From assembly GCF_000143415.4 (NCBI RefSeq), contig NW_003314300.1:360385-424384 (forward strand): a DNA stretch of 64,000 bases, read 5' to 3'. Shown one piece after another: positions 10,682 through 24,197 of the stretch (position 1 is the first letter of the stretch; each line of letters opens with the position of its first letter). The notes beneath the pieces are model-generated. The model did not search any database, was not told the DNA's origin, and saw only the letters and a program-made list of their open reading frames with translations. This stretch comes from Selaginella moellendorffii (lineage: Eukaryota; Plantae; Lycopodiophyta). A program made the translations under genes and the position numbers.

Positions 10682-13369
10682 TCAAGCACGAATGAAATCG
10701 TTTACCTGGACACTAATGGGGCTCCGTACATAATGGACGCCATCTGACCAAGTGATGGAGCCAAAAGCATAGTGCCCCACTGAACGAACTATTTGAGCAG
10801 CCTCAAACGTGATCTCATAAGACAGCTTTGTCACGGAACTGTTGAAATGGAGATTGTCCGGTTTGACTGTAACTCTGACGCTATGCGGCTCTTCCACGAT
10901 TGCCCTGTAACTTGAGTATGGTGTCCCTACGTTTGTGACAACTCTTTTCACTGTTTTGGTTCCCACCAGATTGGAGATTGTTATCGAGGGATAGTTCAGC
11001 TCAGTGGCTGCTAGAGTCTGAGACGAGCATTTGGAGTGTTCAATCTTGCAAATGCTGCCCAGACTGCAGCAGAAGAGAGCATAGTCTTGAGGAGTGGTAA
11101 CGTAAACAAGGCCTGGATCTGCTGCTTTGGTTGGATTGATGTGTCCTGCACCATATCCGAAGGGGTTGGAATAACTTAGTGTGAAACTATCAGTTATTAT
11201 ATCCCTTGTGTTGTCCATGTTCCAAGCTGCAACCGTGATACTTCAGGACAGAACTTGCAAAACCCACATACCTGTTGTCATAATTGCAGACTTGATTGCG
11301 GAGGGGCTCCAATCTGGATGCAAGGATTTAAGCAAAGCCGCAACACCGGAAACGTGAGGACAGGACATGGACGTGCCACTCATCGCTCCAAAACTCTTTG
11401 CTGAGCTGCTTGAATGGTTTTTTGGAGGAATAGCAGCGATTATGTCAACGCCAGGAGCAATGATATCAGGCTGCAATGCCGGTAATATATCAGATGTTTG
11501 AATTTGGAAACCAAATGACTCACAAACCTTTAGAATATCAGGAGAAATTGGGTTTGGTCCCCTGGCTGAGAAGGTTGCAACAGCAGGGGCTGGTCCAATC
11601 CCGGTCACAGTTTCAGGTGGATGGATATAGATCGTTGACGATCTGCAATTGGAGGTAGCCAAGTTCAAATGATGAAGATAAACAAGATCGATCTGGCTTA
11701 CTTCTCATGTGATCTGTGACCTAAGAGCTGCACACCGCATGCACTGGGAACTACAAATATAGGGAGCGACAAGGTTCCTGTTATCGATCTGGCTGTATCG
11801 GTGATTATAATTCCGGTGGCTCCAGCCTTTTCGATAGCATCCATGTCCACGGGAAGCTCGGCGCTGGAAGCAAAGCAAAGGACATACTTCCCTCTCAGGG
11901 TGGTACCATTCAATGTCGCTTCTGTACAATAGCTGCACAGAATTCACCTCATCAGAGAGATACTAGTGTCCGAATGTATGCATACCCATTCTCCCCAGAG
12001 GCAATTCCATGCAATCCAACTTTAGAACCGGTCCGGTGCTGTGATGGCGTTGCCTGTCCAAAAACTTCAAAAATGAAGGTTCATACAGCCATTTTGCAAA
12101 CCTGGCAAGAGGTAGCATTGTCGGGAAGAACGATCTTTGCATGGAAACCCCGGTCAATAGTGCTTGCTCCCACACTCAGAATCCAGGGAGCAGTGTTAAT
12201 GATTGTGGACGGATATGGTCCCGAATTGCCACCACTTGCCACAACTAAAATCCCATTCTGGACTGCATGAAATGCGGCAATTGCAATGCCATCCGTGTTG
12301 TAGTCGTACGTATTTTCCATGCCTGCAGAAATGGACAGGATGTCGACTCCGTCATAAATTGCGTAGTCGATTGCAGAAATAATGTCTGCTTCTAAGCTGC
12401 TACTCTCTTCATAGAATTTGTACATTGCAAGCCTGGCCATTGGTGCTCCACCACGAGCTATTCCGCTGCCAAATTCATCATCGCTGGCTCCGTAAACGAG
12501 CCTGCCTACAGCGGTCGACGATGTATGCGTGCCGTGAGAGTTTTTGTCCCTGGGTGATCTGTAATCCTCCACGCTAGGATCCACACTTTGGTCGAAATAT
12601 CGAGCTCCTATAAGTTTCCTGCATTCATGCAGTTAAAACACATGAAACGGCTATACTTCCAAGTTCCAAGCCACTCGGAGGTCCCAACAACGAACCTATT
12701 ACAGTTTGAAGCCGTGAAGTTCTCGCCTATTTGACATATTCCCTTCCATCTTGTGGGAACTGCTGGCATTGATTTGTCATTGAAACTCTCAGCTTCAGGC
12801 CATACACCTGCAGAAAAGTTCCGAAATTTGGTATCTGCTGCACACTAGAATGTGAAACTTAACAAACACCTGAATCCACAACCCCAACAATTACGTCCAC
12901 TCCGAAGCCAGATTCTTGCAAAATGCCTTTGGGCTTCATGACATCCAATCCAAGGAAGTCCCAGCTGTGAGTTGTATGCAGCTTCACCTTTTTGCTGCGG
13001 AACACAGACACAACTCCAGGCATCTCTGTTACAGAAGTATTAGCCTGAAAGCTGAGAGCACAGCCACTTACTGGACAAAGCTTTTGCATGCCCTGGATTC
13101 ATATCTGCTGCGAAACCGCTGAATCCATGCCGGTAGCTGTACAAGATAGCACTTTTTGCCAAATCTTCACTTCCCAACACACTAGCCAGCGTTTCGTGAT
13201 GGGATTTCGTTACCAGTTCGTGGTCTTCAATGGTTTTTTTCCCCATGTAGACTATATAAACCTACGATGGCACCAGTTAGCGCCGCTGTATACTCAATAA
13301 AATACTTACCTCTCCCATCGAGCACTGGATTTGAGCCAGAAGAATAAGAAAAGCGATTAGTGGTGCCAT
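10682..13369 (-). CDS. Subtilisin-like serine protease (S8; signal peptide, I9 prodomain, PA, Fn3-like), multi-exon, copy A
   Basis: Signal exon [20 protein letters not shown] is spliced to VYIVYMG. Also [11 protein letters not shown], catalytic triad VVDSG / HGTHTSST / [17 protein letters not shown] and VRSPI. Introns are GT-AG. Confidence 0.95.
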
Positions 13370-13684
13370 TCTTCAGGAGTGCAATGCAATGGAAAATCTC
13401 TAGCTGCTTTCCGAGCATACCCGGGGTTTGATATAGAGGCGACACCAGTCAGCATTCTGATCAGATGTACTGTGTGGGCCTTCACGCGCTCAATTTTTCT
13501 TTAGTCGCGATGTTGATCTGGCTGGCCCATCCGACCACTAGTAGTGGACCCGCAAACAGCCAATGGGGTTGTGTGTAGTGCGGCCCCCCCCGTGAAAAGA
13601 AAATTCGAGAAGCACATTAGGCTTCGTCCATCGATGATCCTGCATGTAAAAACATTCTCTTTACAAAGAAAGTCGATGAACAAG

Positions 13685-13849
<165 letters not shown>

Positions 13850-14544
13850 TCACTTCAACCCTGGAGCCTTTACTTTTGAGATACTTGTGGTGATTAGATC
13901 CATATGTATGCAAGCCTGAGGTGGTGAATCTGCTGTTTATGAGGCGGTATGTGGCACTGGCTTTAAACTTAGTGTGGTACTGGTATGAGTATGCTGATGC
14001 GAGAATGACGCCTAGAAATTCAGCCGCAAACAGACTCTACAATTAAGATATCAGGCCGAGGCAGGTTGCAAAGTGCTGAAAGACAGTTCTAGGACAAATA
14101 ATGCTGCTGCCAAGCAGGCCAGCATTTCATTGTTTCTACATCTTCACATCAAATGCCCGTCTAACTATCACTTAGTCAGATATCATCGTCGGGAGCACGC
14201 AGAAATGCGGCCACATAGCTCTTTTGAGATTTTAGGTGAAGTAAAAAAAATTCAAAAAACTATTACGTGCACGATGAAGTTGGCCATGCCCAGGGCCAGC
14301 GGCCCATTTGGAGGTACCCAGACGAGCACACTTAACTCTTGCCCGAATTTCACCTCTTTATACTGCTCTAGTATGTGGGCTCACCTGAAAACTAACCTGA
14401 AACAAAATGAAAGCAACAAACACGCGTTGACTGAAGAGGATTCTTTATATCATGAGATTTGTTTGACCAGTCTCACATTTTATGACGGAGGAAAACGGGT
14501 TAGCGATAATTTTCACTCACGCTGCTCGAACTTTCTTCACAACC

Positions 14545-15185
14545 AAGTCGCTACTAAAACCAGGAGCACTCCTCTTCACTCCACAGTGCCTCCTCCTGTG
14601 GATAGTCTTCTTGATTTTACTGCTGCAATTTTCCACGATCCAGGGATGCTCCAGCACACCATCCAGTGTCAACCTCTAGCTCGGCTCCACAGCCAGCATC
14701 CCGGGAATGTGGACAACCATCCGGGAATCCCTGGTTCACAACAACTCGATCTCCCTGGATTGCTTGTAGCCTTTCAGCAGCTCATATGCGATCACTCCCA
14801 GTACCCATATGTCAATGGCCAGCGTCCAGCTGTTCTCCGGCTTGAGATTCCGGTGGACGATGCTGCTGGTATGTATCCCCTTGAGCGCCTTCACCAGACG
14901 CTGGATGGTCTTGGCGGCCTCCTTCTCACCCAGCGGCCCTCCCTTGATCAATCGATGGCACAGACTAGGGCCGCACAGCTCCATCATCATGGTCCCGTAG
15001 CAAGCCCCGCCACTCCTCTCCCTCACGAAGCCCGCCAAAGAGACCAGCCGTGGAGCTTGGACATGAGCTAGAGCTCTCTCCCGGCCTCCCTCCCCAATTT
15101 AAACATAGCTCATGGCGCCCTTGAGCATCATCATCCTCGATGACGATACGGCACAATCGTCATCCTCGAACTCACTGTCGCACCA
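14545..15185 (-). pseudogene. Deleted copy of the kinase-like gene at 22290
   Basis: MMELCGPSLCHRLIKGGPLGEKEAAKTI...HRNLKPEN joins directly to AIDIW, so DFG and APE are deleted; further indels are present. Confidence 0.9.
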
Positions 15186-15399
15186 TCACAGAGCTTCTCC
15201 TCTCGCATAAGCTTCCTTGATATGATAAAAAGGGGAGAAACTAACGATTATATGTCGACGGCTGGATGGCGTTTTGCTGACGGCTGAGATGTGATCGCCG
15301 TGTGCCTAGCCATGAATATTTTTTAAACAATTAGAATATTTTCTATTACCCTGTCACCTTCTTGGACAAAGACAACATAGTTGTAAGTTGGGCTCACCT

Positions 15400-16630
15400 C
15401 CAAACATTTCTATATAAACTTCTACAAACATTTGATCTCATATTTCTTGGCAGAAAAACATCAAGGATTTAGAAGCATAAAACCCAAAATAGAGTGTTAT
15501 TTGAAAGTTGTAAACTTTTTAGTTGTGTGAACTTTATATTGTGACAAATCCTGATGGGAATATTTATTTTTGCATTGACTATTGCCTATTAAACAAAATA
15601 ATTATCTTGAATATATACCCTTTTCCTCACACTATTAATCTTCTAGATTGTTTAGGGAAAAATTGTTGGTTCGTAAAATTATATTTTGCTTTTGGATACT
15701 GATAAGTGCTAATGGCCAAGGAAAATATTCCCAAGACTTCTTTTTATATATTATTTGGTTTATACAAATTCTTGGTGATGCCATTTGATTTGAAAAATGC
15801 TTTAATTACTTTTTAATGGATGATGAATGAGGTTTTTTGCAATATGTTGGAGGTAACTATTAACTTTATAAATGATGTTTTGATCTATTTGGAGGGGATA
15901 TAGGCATACATTAGTGATGTTTGTAAAGTGTTGGATCACTTGCAGGAAGTTAATTTAAAGCTAAAGTAATTGAAGTGTATGTTTGTGTTCAAGGATACAA
16001 TTTATCTTGAGTACCATATTTCTCATTAAAGTTTGCAAGTTGATTTTAATAAATTTGTTACTCTAAAGTGTGTGAATAATATGCAATGCTTATTAGGCAA
16101 GGTGTAATCTCTCAGCCATTTCATTAATCATATTTCTAATCATATTGCATTATTGGGACCATTGTTGAAGTTGTCAATATTATCTTTCATGTGGTATATA
16201 GATTATGAGAGGGCATTTACAGATTTTAAAGAGTTGTTAATAATTTTTCCAGTTTTAGCATATCATAATTACACTAGATCTTTAGTTTTGCAGGTGGATG
16301 TTTTTTAGATAAATTTTGGAAGTGTGTTGATGTAAAAGAGCTCAAATATGTCTAATTAGCACCATCCCATTATATCAACTTTATGTTAGAACCAATGAAG
16401 ATGAATTACTATATAATAAAGGTGTATTTTACAATAGTGAGAAACTTCACACATATCTACATAGTTCTCAAACATTACTAAAAGATGATCATATTGTAGT
16501 TACTTTATTATTGAAGCAGAAGAACTTGATTGATTGTATTACTCAGTGGGCTTTGAAGTTTAAGATATATGATTTTGAAGTTGTTTATCGCCAAAGGAGT
16601 TTTATATTTAATGTTAACACCTTTTCTCGA
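15400..16630 (+). mobile_element. Highly degenerate, AT-shifted gypsy RT-RNaseH relic
   Basis: Residual PDG..FCIDY.LLNK, YKFLVMPF.LKNA, VLQVD and WALKFKIYDFEVVYR...SR among many stops. Confidence 0.8.
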
Positions 16631-16799
16631 GCTCCTTTTCTTTCTTCATTCTCTTCTCATGTTTTTTATAAACCTATTGTTCAAGCATTTGTGTATTTTA
16701 TGAATAAAGATTTTATGCTGTTATCAGTTGTTATATTTGATGTTCAGTGTTCACAATGTATGGAGCAAAATTTACCTTCTCTTGACAAGGTTTATAAGG

Positions 16800-17470
16800 C
16801 TCAAAAAATAAACATAAGATTAATCTTATTACAACCATTAGATGGTAAAATAAATAGAATATGCTAAAAAGTGTTTAGGAAAGTTTATAAATTATAAATA
16901 TGTTTATATATATTATAAATACAAGATTAATCAAATGAATAACAACCATTTACTCCTACAATTTTGCTTAAGCATACCAAAAATTTACTGGATGCAACAA
17001 TGTTTGGTTACTTAATAATAGTGGTTATTATTTATTAATCTTATTGATTATATGAAATCTTGAAAAGTGTTTAGAAAAGTTTGTAAATTATAAATACAAA
17101 ATTAATCTAATAACTGTTAGATGGTTAGAATATTATATTTTAGGTACATCCACTCTTCCTTTATAAGTTTGCATAAGCAAACCAAAAATAATTTTTAAAA
17201 ATGTTTTTCACATAAATTAAAATAATTTTCTGCATAGCAATGCTTAGTACTTATTTAGTATTTTTTAATAACCCAATTGATCAATAATTATAAACATGTT
17301 TATAATTTATAAATCAGGATTAATCTTATTGCATATTAATCATTAGATAATGGAATAAAAAGAATATACTAGGAAGTCTTTAGGAAAGTTTATAGATTAT
17401 AAATATATTTATAAATTATAAATACAATATTAATCTAAATAAATAACAACAATTAGATGATTGAATATTC
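16800..17470. repeat. AT-rich degenerate direct repeats (about three copies)
   Basis: GTTTAGGAAAGTTTATAAATTATAAATA...ATTAATC recurs near 16873, 17069 and 17377. Confidence 0.6.
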
Positions 17471-17712
17471 TTAAAATATTCAAGTATATTTTAAATATAT
17501 TCAATCCCCTTATCAGTTTTGTTTAAACAAACCAATTATATAGCCTATAGTTTTTGATAATTTTTTATGTGAAGAAGTTTCTTCGGTACTTGCTAGGATC
17601 CGGGAGGTGGATGTATACGTAACGTATCGATTTTAAGGTGTCCAGGTTCATTGTACCCAGGCTGAGCAATCTAAAGGCTAGGGTTTTAGCATAAGGAATG
17701 TAGCAGCGCGTC

Positions 17713-19462
17713 ATGGATCGATGCTGCGCTCATCTGCGTCTCAGATGCTTCCCGATCAGCAAAGAATCGCCGCTCCAATTCCATCGCCCTGCTCTTCTTG
17801 TGCGCCTCGCGGCTGGAAAATCTGTTATTCCGGGCCCTGGATTAACAGATTTTCCAGGCAAGAAATCCTCACTTCGTCTCGTTTGCAGCAGAGCGGCAGC
17901 GGCGGCTGCGGAGGAGCGCGATCACAACAGGTAATGTGGATTTGGGGGCCAATTCGTTTAGAGATCTTGAGTTCTTGTTGCCAGTGGTGCGTCGAGCTTT
18001 CTGGACCAATACCCGGCGCTCACAACCGGGTCGCTCTTCCTATCTTGGTAAGAAGAAAAGATAAGAGATTTTTGTTTTCTTCCCTAGCTCCAAATCAAAG
18101 GATCGCACAGGTCTCTGTTAAATGCGGTTTTTAATGTCTTGAACAAGCAGGTGTTTCACTACTTTCCATATCCATGGTAACTTCCTCTTCTTCTTCGTCT
18201 TGTTTAGTCTAAATCTTTTTCCTCACCTTGAACAGTACCATGTCCGTGATTCATCTGGCGGTGGGAGTTACATACTGCAGCGTTTGCTGGGCATTTGGAA
18301 TGCCAAAACGTGTCGTAAGTTTTCGATTTTTTCGCCAGACTACCTATCCTGATTTGATTGGTTCCAGCCATTGAGCAAGGAACTGATGAGATTGCTTCTG
18401 CCAGTTTCGTTTTGTCACGCGCTGGGACACATCATGACCAACATTTCCTCATCCACCGTCGCCGTTTCCTTCACACACACGGTCAAAGGTTTTGTGGTTT
18501 TGCTTTTAGTTTGTGGAGATTGACAGGATTACTCGTGTTTGCTGCTGGCAGCGCTGGAGCCTTTCTTCAACGCATCTGCGTCACAGTTTCTTCTGGGACA
18601 ATCAGTTCCTTTCGCCCTCTGGCTTAGCTTGATACCTGTAGTCGCTGGTAAATATATGCTCTAGATTTGTAAACCTCTTGCGTTCTCAAGCTTGGTCCTT
18701 CAGGGGTTTCTCTAGCATCACTCACAGAGGTTTCATTTAACTGGAAAGGATTTCTCAGTGCCATGACGTCTAACGCCGCATACACATACCGAAACATTGT
18801 TTCCAAGGAGGCTATGGTACAAAGCATTTCTTCATATCTGATGACGCTCTTTCTTGTCCTGTCCAGGCAACAATTGACAGCACTAATCTTTACGCTTACA
18901 TATCTTTGATTTCGCTCTTCATGTGCATTCCACCAGCATTACTGGTAAGTAGCATTCATTTAATCCGCAAGCTTTTAGTAGATCAATGCTTTTTATCTAC
19001 AGATAGAAGGTCCGAGCCTTGTCAAGCACGGGCTTGCTACCTCAGTTGCAAAAGTAGGCATTCGAAAGTTCGTAGCAGATCTAATCGTGGTGGGAGTTTT
19101 CTATCATCTGTACAATCAGGTTCGTTCTTTCTCTTCGATAAAGCACGATGCCAGATATTTCTTGCACGTCTATCAGGTTGGCAACAACACTCTGGAACGA
19201 GTAGCGCCTCTGTCACACGCAGTAGGCAACGTACTAAAGCGAGTCGTAGTCATCGTATTCTCTATACTTGTTTTTGGTAAGCCTTTCGAGTGATTAGATT
19301 GATGATGCGAGTGACTTTCTTTCTGTCTCTGTAGGAAATCGAATTACAAAACAAACTGCTGTAGGCACGACGATGGCAATCGGTGGAGTTGCCTTCTACT
19401 CTTTTGCTAAAGCCAAACTAGACGAGATGAAACAACGAGCTCTTTTGAATCAAAAGCATTAG
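17713..19462 (+). CDS. TPT: Plastid triose-phosphate/phosphate translocator-like, multi-exon
   Basis: Transit-like N-terminus. Spliced exons give [29 protein letters not shown]...[34 protein letters not shown] and [21 protein letters not shown]. Confidence 0.92.
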
Positions 19463-19539
19463 TTTTGGATTTGGTCTACCCGCCTCGATTGCACCACCAT
19501 GCAATTGACATGCTAGGCTGAGAACATCGTGGACTGGAA

Positions 19540-19960
19540 AGCTATCTTCTTTGACCAAACTGGACTCCAGTCAAGAAAGGCTAACCTTGTGTCTGGCTTC
19601 ATCCACCTCCTCGCTGCTGATGGACTGCAAACTTGAAGCCCCAAGAGAAGACGTTTTTGTCGGCGATGGCATCGAATGCTCGTGTGCTTGCCATACATGT
19701 CCACCAGAGGATTGCCGATACTGGTGGAGTGGCGGCCATGGAATCGCAGCTGCGCTTGCATGCATCCCATATTTCGACACAAGGGCCCCAAACTCCTCCG
19801 CATCGATCGCAATGCCCGTGCTCCTGGACGCAAGGCGCTGGATCTCTTCCATCGAATACTGGAGCTGGACGACTTGGTCCACTCCACCGCGCTCCAATCC
19901 AATCGCTCGAGGACGGGCGCGGTCCACAAGTGGACCAGATCATTGAGCCATGAGAGCTGG
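19540..19960. pseudogene. PPR-derived debris
   Basis: Fragments such as SIGNPLVDMYGK (minus) and ALDLFHRILELD (plus). A related fragment recurs at 22015-22100. Confidence 0.5.
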
Positions 19961-20689
19961 CGCTGGATGCTTCTAACTTAGATATTTAATTCAAAACATC
20001 TACCAGCGATTTTGCCGACGCTCCACAGGGAGGAGCACCGCCAATCCAATGAATCTAGTAAAGCGCAACATTGATAGCGATGGAAATGAAAAAGTGTCTT
20101 GAGGGATCACTTGATCCTCATTTCTATCGCATCCTGAGGAGCTGATCTTGCTGATCTCTACCACGGCGTCTTGTTCCACATACACACATGGGACACTGTA
20201 CAAAGCACCTTCGTGCCTCTCTATCTTGATTCTTGATCCACCGCCCGCGATTCCCACTTCGAACTTCACGCGTGAAGGAATGAGAGATCTCAAGCTCGAG
20301 TCTGCAAATCAACTCAAAACGATAAGAACCCAGAAAGATAACAAAGAGCATCTGCGCTCTACCTTGGTCTACATGGCGACCACAAGCTTGGAAGGAGCCA
20401 TTTCTATGGTAAACAAGAGAAAGAATGAGAAAAACGAAGGGGCAAGCTCCCATTGATAAAGGCCGAGGGATCACATACTCACACAAAGGCTGGCACGGAC
20501 TTTGAAAAATGCAAGGTGTTGTTCACTGAGTGGCCAAGAGATGACGTTGATAACCATAGTAGCACCACCATTTAGTTCACTCGATAAAATATGTTAGTGT
20601 GGAATCGAGGACATGGTTGATCAGGAGAAAAAAGATGGCAGATAATATCATTAGACGCGAGCAACGTGGGCTCGCAGCAATCCTTATTT

Positions 20690-21290
20690 GCTCGAACATT
20701 GCGTTCTGGTAAAGGTGACGTTCGTGGGACAGCCGCATTCGCTGGTACAAGTCAAAGGCGAGGTCGCCGTAGCCATTGACGGAGTACGCAGCGATCAAGC
20801 TGTTCCAGGATACAACATCCTTGCGTGGCATTGTCCCGAAAGTTGTCCTGGCGTCGCCCAAGCTCGCGCACCTGGCTGACGAGGGCGTTCCGGATTTGAG
20901 CTCCGTTCTCTCGGCTGCCGCTCGTCGCAAAGCTCTCTTCGACATTGGAGTGGATCAGCCTCGTGGTGTGCAAGTCGACTGGTCCCGTGCAAGCGTTCAT
21001 GATCGAGAGAGGCAACGTCGTTTGCCCTCGAGCCCCATTCTCTGGTAGAGCTGAAGCGATTCCGAATTGAGACCTGATGGCGTTCCAAAGATCACGTCGC
21101 ACGATTCTTTGAACACGCTCCTGGCGGTGGTAAGCTGGCCTCCGTTTCCATAGATGCTCACCAAAGAGTTGCAAACAACAGTGTCAGAGGACACTCGAAG
21201 GCCCCTAGAGCTCCAGAGAGCTTCCATGAAGCCCGAGAAAGACGCATAGGCGACGATGAGAGTGTTCCGGGAGATCACGTCGGGCTGGTC
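20690..21290 (-). pseudogene. PLS-class PPR pseudogene fragment
   Basis: DTVVCNSLVSIYGNGG, ESLQLYQRMGLEG and DARTTFGTMPRKDVVSWNSLIAAYSVNG in different frames. Confidence 0.8.
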
Positions 21291-22289
21291 CGGGACACCA
21301 CTGATTCAAGTGAAGTCATATCCTAGATAAAAGAGCCTGTAATGTAATGCAATGTCTCTTTGTATTGCCAGTAGACAAGTATATTATGTGGGTGTTGGAG
21401 GAGCTGAGGTGGAGTCTAAGTTAAGAGTCCCTGTCTGGTGCAGGTGGGCGACTGCTCTGCATATGCTTGCTTGCTTTGCTTGCCACCACAATGAGCATTG
21501 TGGTTGAAATAGTTATAAATTTAAACCTTTGATCTTTTTCAAGAGATATTTTGAGAAACAGAAAAATCTGGTGACCTGATGATGCCCAGTGCGGGCAATC
21601 CAAAGATACACGAGCACCTACAGACGCTTCTTTCATGCTGTGACGATCAGGGCGATGGAGAAGAGATCCATGCTTGTGTCGTGAGGGCTGGCATCGAATG
21701 GGACGTCGCCATGTCCACTGCATTGGGGCGCTTCTGCTCAGTGGACTCGACCTTAAAACTCCCAAGCTTAAAAGTCTTAGCTACAGCATAGCTCTTCCAT
21801 GCCAGAGCACTGACTTCTCCAGCCAGCCGAGCTTTCTGGAGTGATTCCTTAGAATCTCTGTGGCACACACTCCTCAACCGAACAAGGTTGCCCTGCTCCA
21901 GAGCCAAGCAAGACCTCGCCAGCCTAAGGAACGCAACCTTATGTGTCCTTGCTTCGCTCACTCCCTCCACCCCTCTTTGCTGCTAGCATAGGCCGTGATC
22001 AAGAATCCCAATAGAAGACGTTCTTGTCGGCGATGCGCGTGCGTCGTGCGCGCTGCCATGTGGAATCGCAGCTGCCCGCTTCCAGGGCATTGGATCTGCC
22101 ACTTCTCACTAGAAAATATTCTAATTGTTTAGAGAATATTCGCGGCTAAGCACATCGGCACCGTTGATAGTCGATCACATCTCAGCCGTCGGCGAAACGC
22201 CATCCCAGCCGTCGACATATAGTCGTTATGGGTTTCTACCCTTTTATTTTTCATATCAAGGAAGCTTGCGCGAGAGGAGAAGCTCTGCG

Positions 22290-23189
22290 ATGGTGCGCGA
22301 AGACGGTGAGTTCGAGGACGATTGTGCCGAGCTCCTCAAGATCCACACGAGGGGCCAGAGGCTGGGCTGCGAGGGCCAGGGCCAGGTTTTCGTGCTCAAC
22401 GCCGGGAAGATGTTTCAATCGGGGAGGGAGGCCGGGAGAGAGCTCCGGCTCATGTCAAAGCTCCGCGGCTGCGCTGGAGTGGTCTCGTTGGCGGGCTTCG
22501 TGAGGAAGAGGAGCGGCGGGGCTTGCTACGGGACCATGGTGATGGAGCTGTGCGGTCCTAGTCTGTGCCATCGATTGATCAAGGGAGGGCCGCTGGGCGA
22601 GAAGGAGGCCGCCAAGACCATCCAGCGGCTGGCGGAGGCGCTCAAGGGGATACATACCAGCGGCATCATCCACCGGAATCTCAAGCCAGAGAACATCTTC
22701 GTCAAGCTGGACGCTACTGCCGTGCACGAGGTGGTGATTGGAGACTTTGGAGTGGCCACGGACGACCCCAAGGAGATGTCGCAGTACTATGGAACCGGGA
22801 AGTATATGGCCCCGGAGGTGACGAGCTGCAAGGGTGGTCATGGCGACGCAAGAACGCAGAGCTTTTACACTACGGCCATCGACGTGTGGGCGCTGGGAGT
22901 GATCACATATGAGCTGCTGAGAGGCTACAAGCAATTCAGGGAGATCGAGTTGTTTCGAGCCGGAGAATTCCCGGATGGTTGTCCTCTCTCAGACGAGGCG
23001 GAGGATTTCATCTGTGGGATGCCGATCGAGAGGTTGACGCTGGATGGTGTGCTGGAGCATCCCTGGATCGTGGAGAATTGCAGCAGTAAGATCAAGAAGA
23101 CGATTCATAGGAGGAGGCGCTGTGGAGTGAAGAGGAGTGCTCCTGGTTTTAGTAGCGACTTGGTTGTGACGAAAGTTCGAGCAGCGTGA
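22290..23189 (+). CDS. Intronless CAMK-like protein kinase fold, catalytic HRD->HRN (probable pseudokinase), 299 aa
   Basis: LGCEGQGQVF, MVMELCG, HRNLKPEN, IGDFG, GTGKYMAPE, DVWALGV, LEHPW. ATG at 22290. Confidence 0.8.
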   Translation: MVREDGEFEDDCAELLKIHTRGQRLGCEGQGQVFVLNAGKMFQSGREAGRELRLMSKLRGCAGVVSLAGFVRKRSGGACYGTMVMELCGPSLCHRLIKGGPLGEKEAAKTIQRLAEALKGIHTSGIIHRNLKPENIFVKLDATAVHEVVIGDFGVATDDPKEMSQYYGTGKYMAPEVTSCKGGHGDARTQSFYTTAIDVWALGVITYELLRGYKQFREIELFRAGEFPDGCPLSDEAEDFICGMPIERLTLDGVLEHPWIVENCSSKIKKTIHRRRRCGVKRSAPGFSSDLVVTKVRAA

Positions 23190-24197
23190 GTGAAAGCCAA
23201 TTATATTATCGCTAACCCGTTTTCCTCCGTCACACCGCTCTTAAAATGTGAGACTGGTCAAACAAATCTCCATGATACAAAGAATCCTCTTCAGTCAACG
23301 CGTGTTTGTTGCTTTCATTTAGTTTTCAGGTGGATTGTTGTGTTTGAGCCCACATGCTGGAGCAGTATAAAGGGGTGAAATTCAGGCGAGATTTAAGTGT
23401 GCTCGTCTGGGTACCTCCAAATGGGCCGTTGGCCCTGGGCGTGGCCAACTTCATCGTGGTCTTTGATTAAACGTCGTTTTTTTTGAATTTTTTTAAAAAA
23501 ACTTCACCTAAAATCTGTGGCGTAGAAAGCCATTAGCGTGAAAGTGATAGTTGGTTTGAAGATGCAACTTTAACATGTTGCAACTAAAAACAGTGAAAGC
23601 ATTATTTGCCCTAGAGCTGTCTTTAAGCACCTTGCAACTTTGCCTGATATTTTAATTGTAGAGGTCTGTTTGTTTTGGTTTTGGTTGAATTTCTAGGCGT
23701 CATTCTCGCATCAGCATACTCATACCAGTACACATACCGCCTCATAAACAGCAGATTCACCACTTCACAAGTATCTCAAAAGTAAAGGCTCCAGGGTTGA
23801 ATTGACACATATTCTCCTATCCGCACTAAGAGCTTACGCAGCTTTGAACAGGAACGGCTTGTTCATCGACTTTCTTCGTAGAGAGAATGTTTTTACATGC
23901 AGGATCATCGATGAACGAAGCCTAATGTGCTTCTCGAATTTTTTTTTATCTGCAATGAGTGCTGTGCATTGTTCCTGTTCTGCTGCAGTGAATTGCTGGG
24001 GGAAGTGGCAGCACTACAACCCCATTGGCTGTTTGCGGCTCCACTACTAGTGGTCGGATTCAAATCGCAACTAAAGAAAATTCGAGTGCCTGAAGGCCCA
24101 CACAGTACATCTGATCAGAATGCTGAGCCTCTATATCAACCCCCGGGTATGCTCGGAAAGCAGCTAGGGATTTTCCATTGCATTGCACTCCTGAAGA

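Noticed and set aside
14073-15071. 332-aa plus-strand ORF
   Set aside because: Antisense to the kinase pseudogene plus intergenic DNA, and not preserved as one ORF in the sister arm.
20000-20560. Possible small spliced gene on the minus strand
   Set aside because: Splice-like signals are present but there is no recognisable product or clear start.
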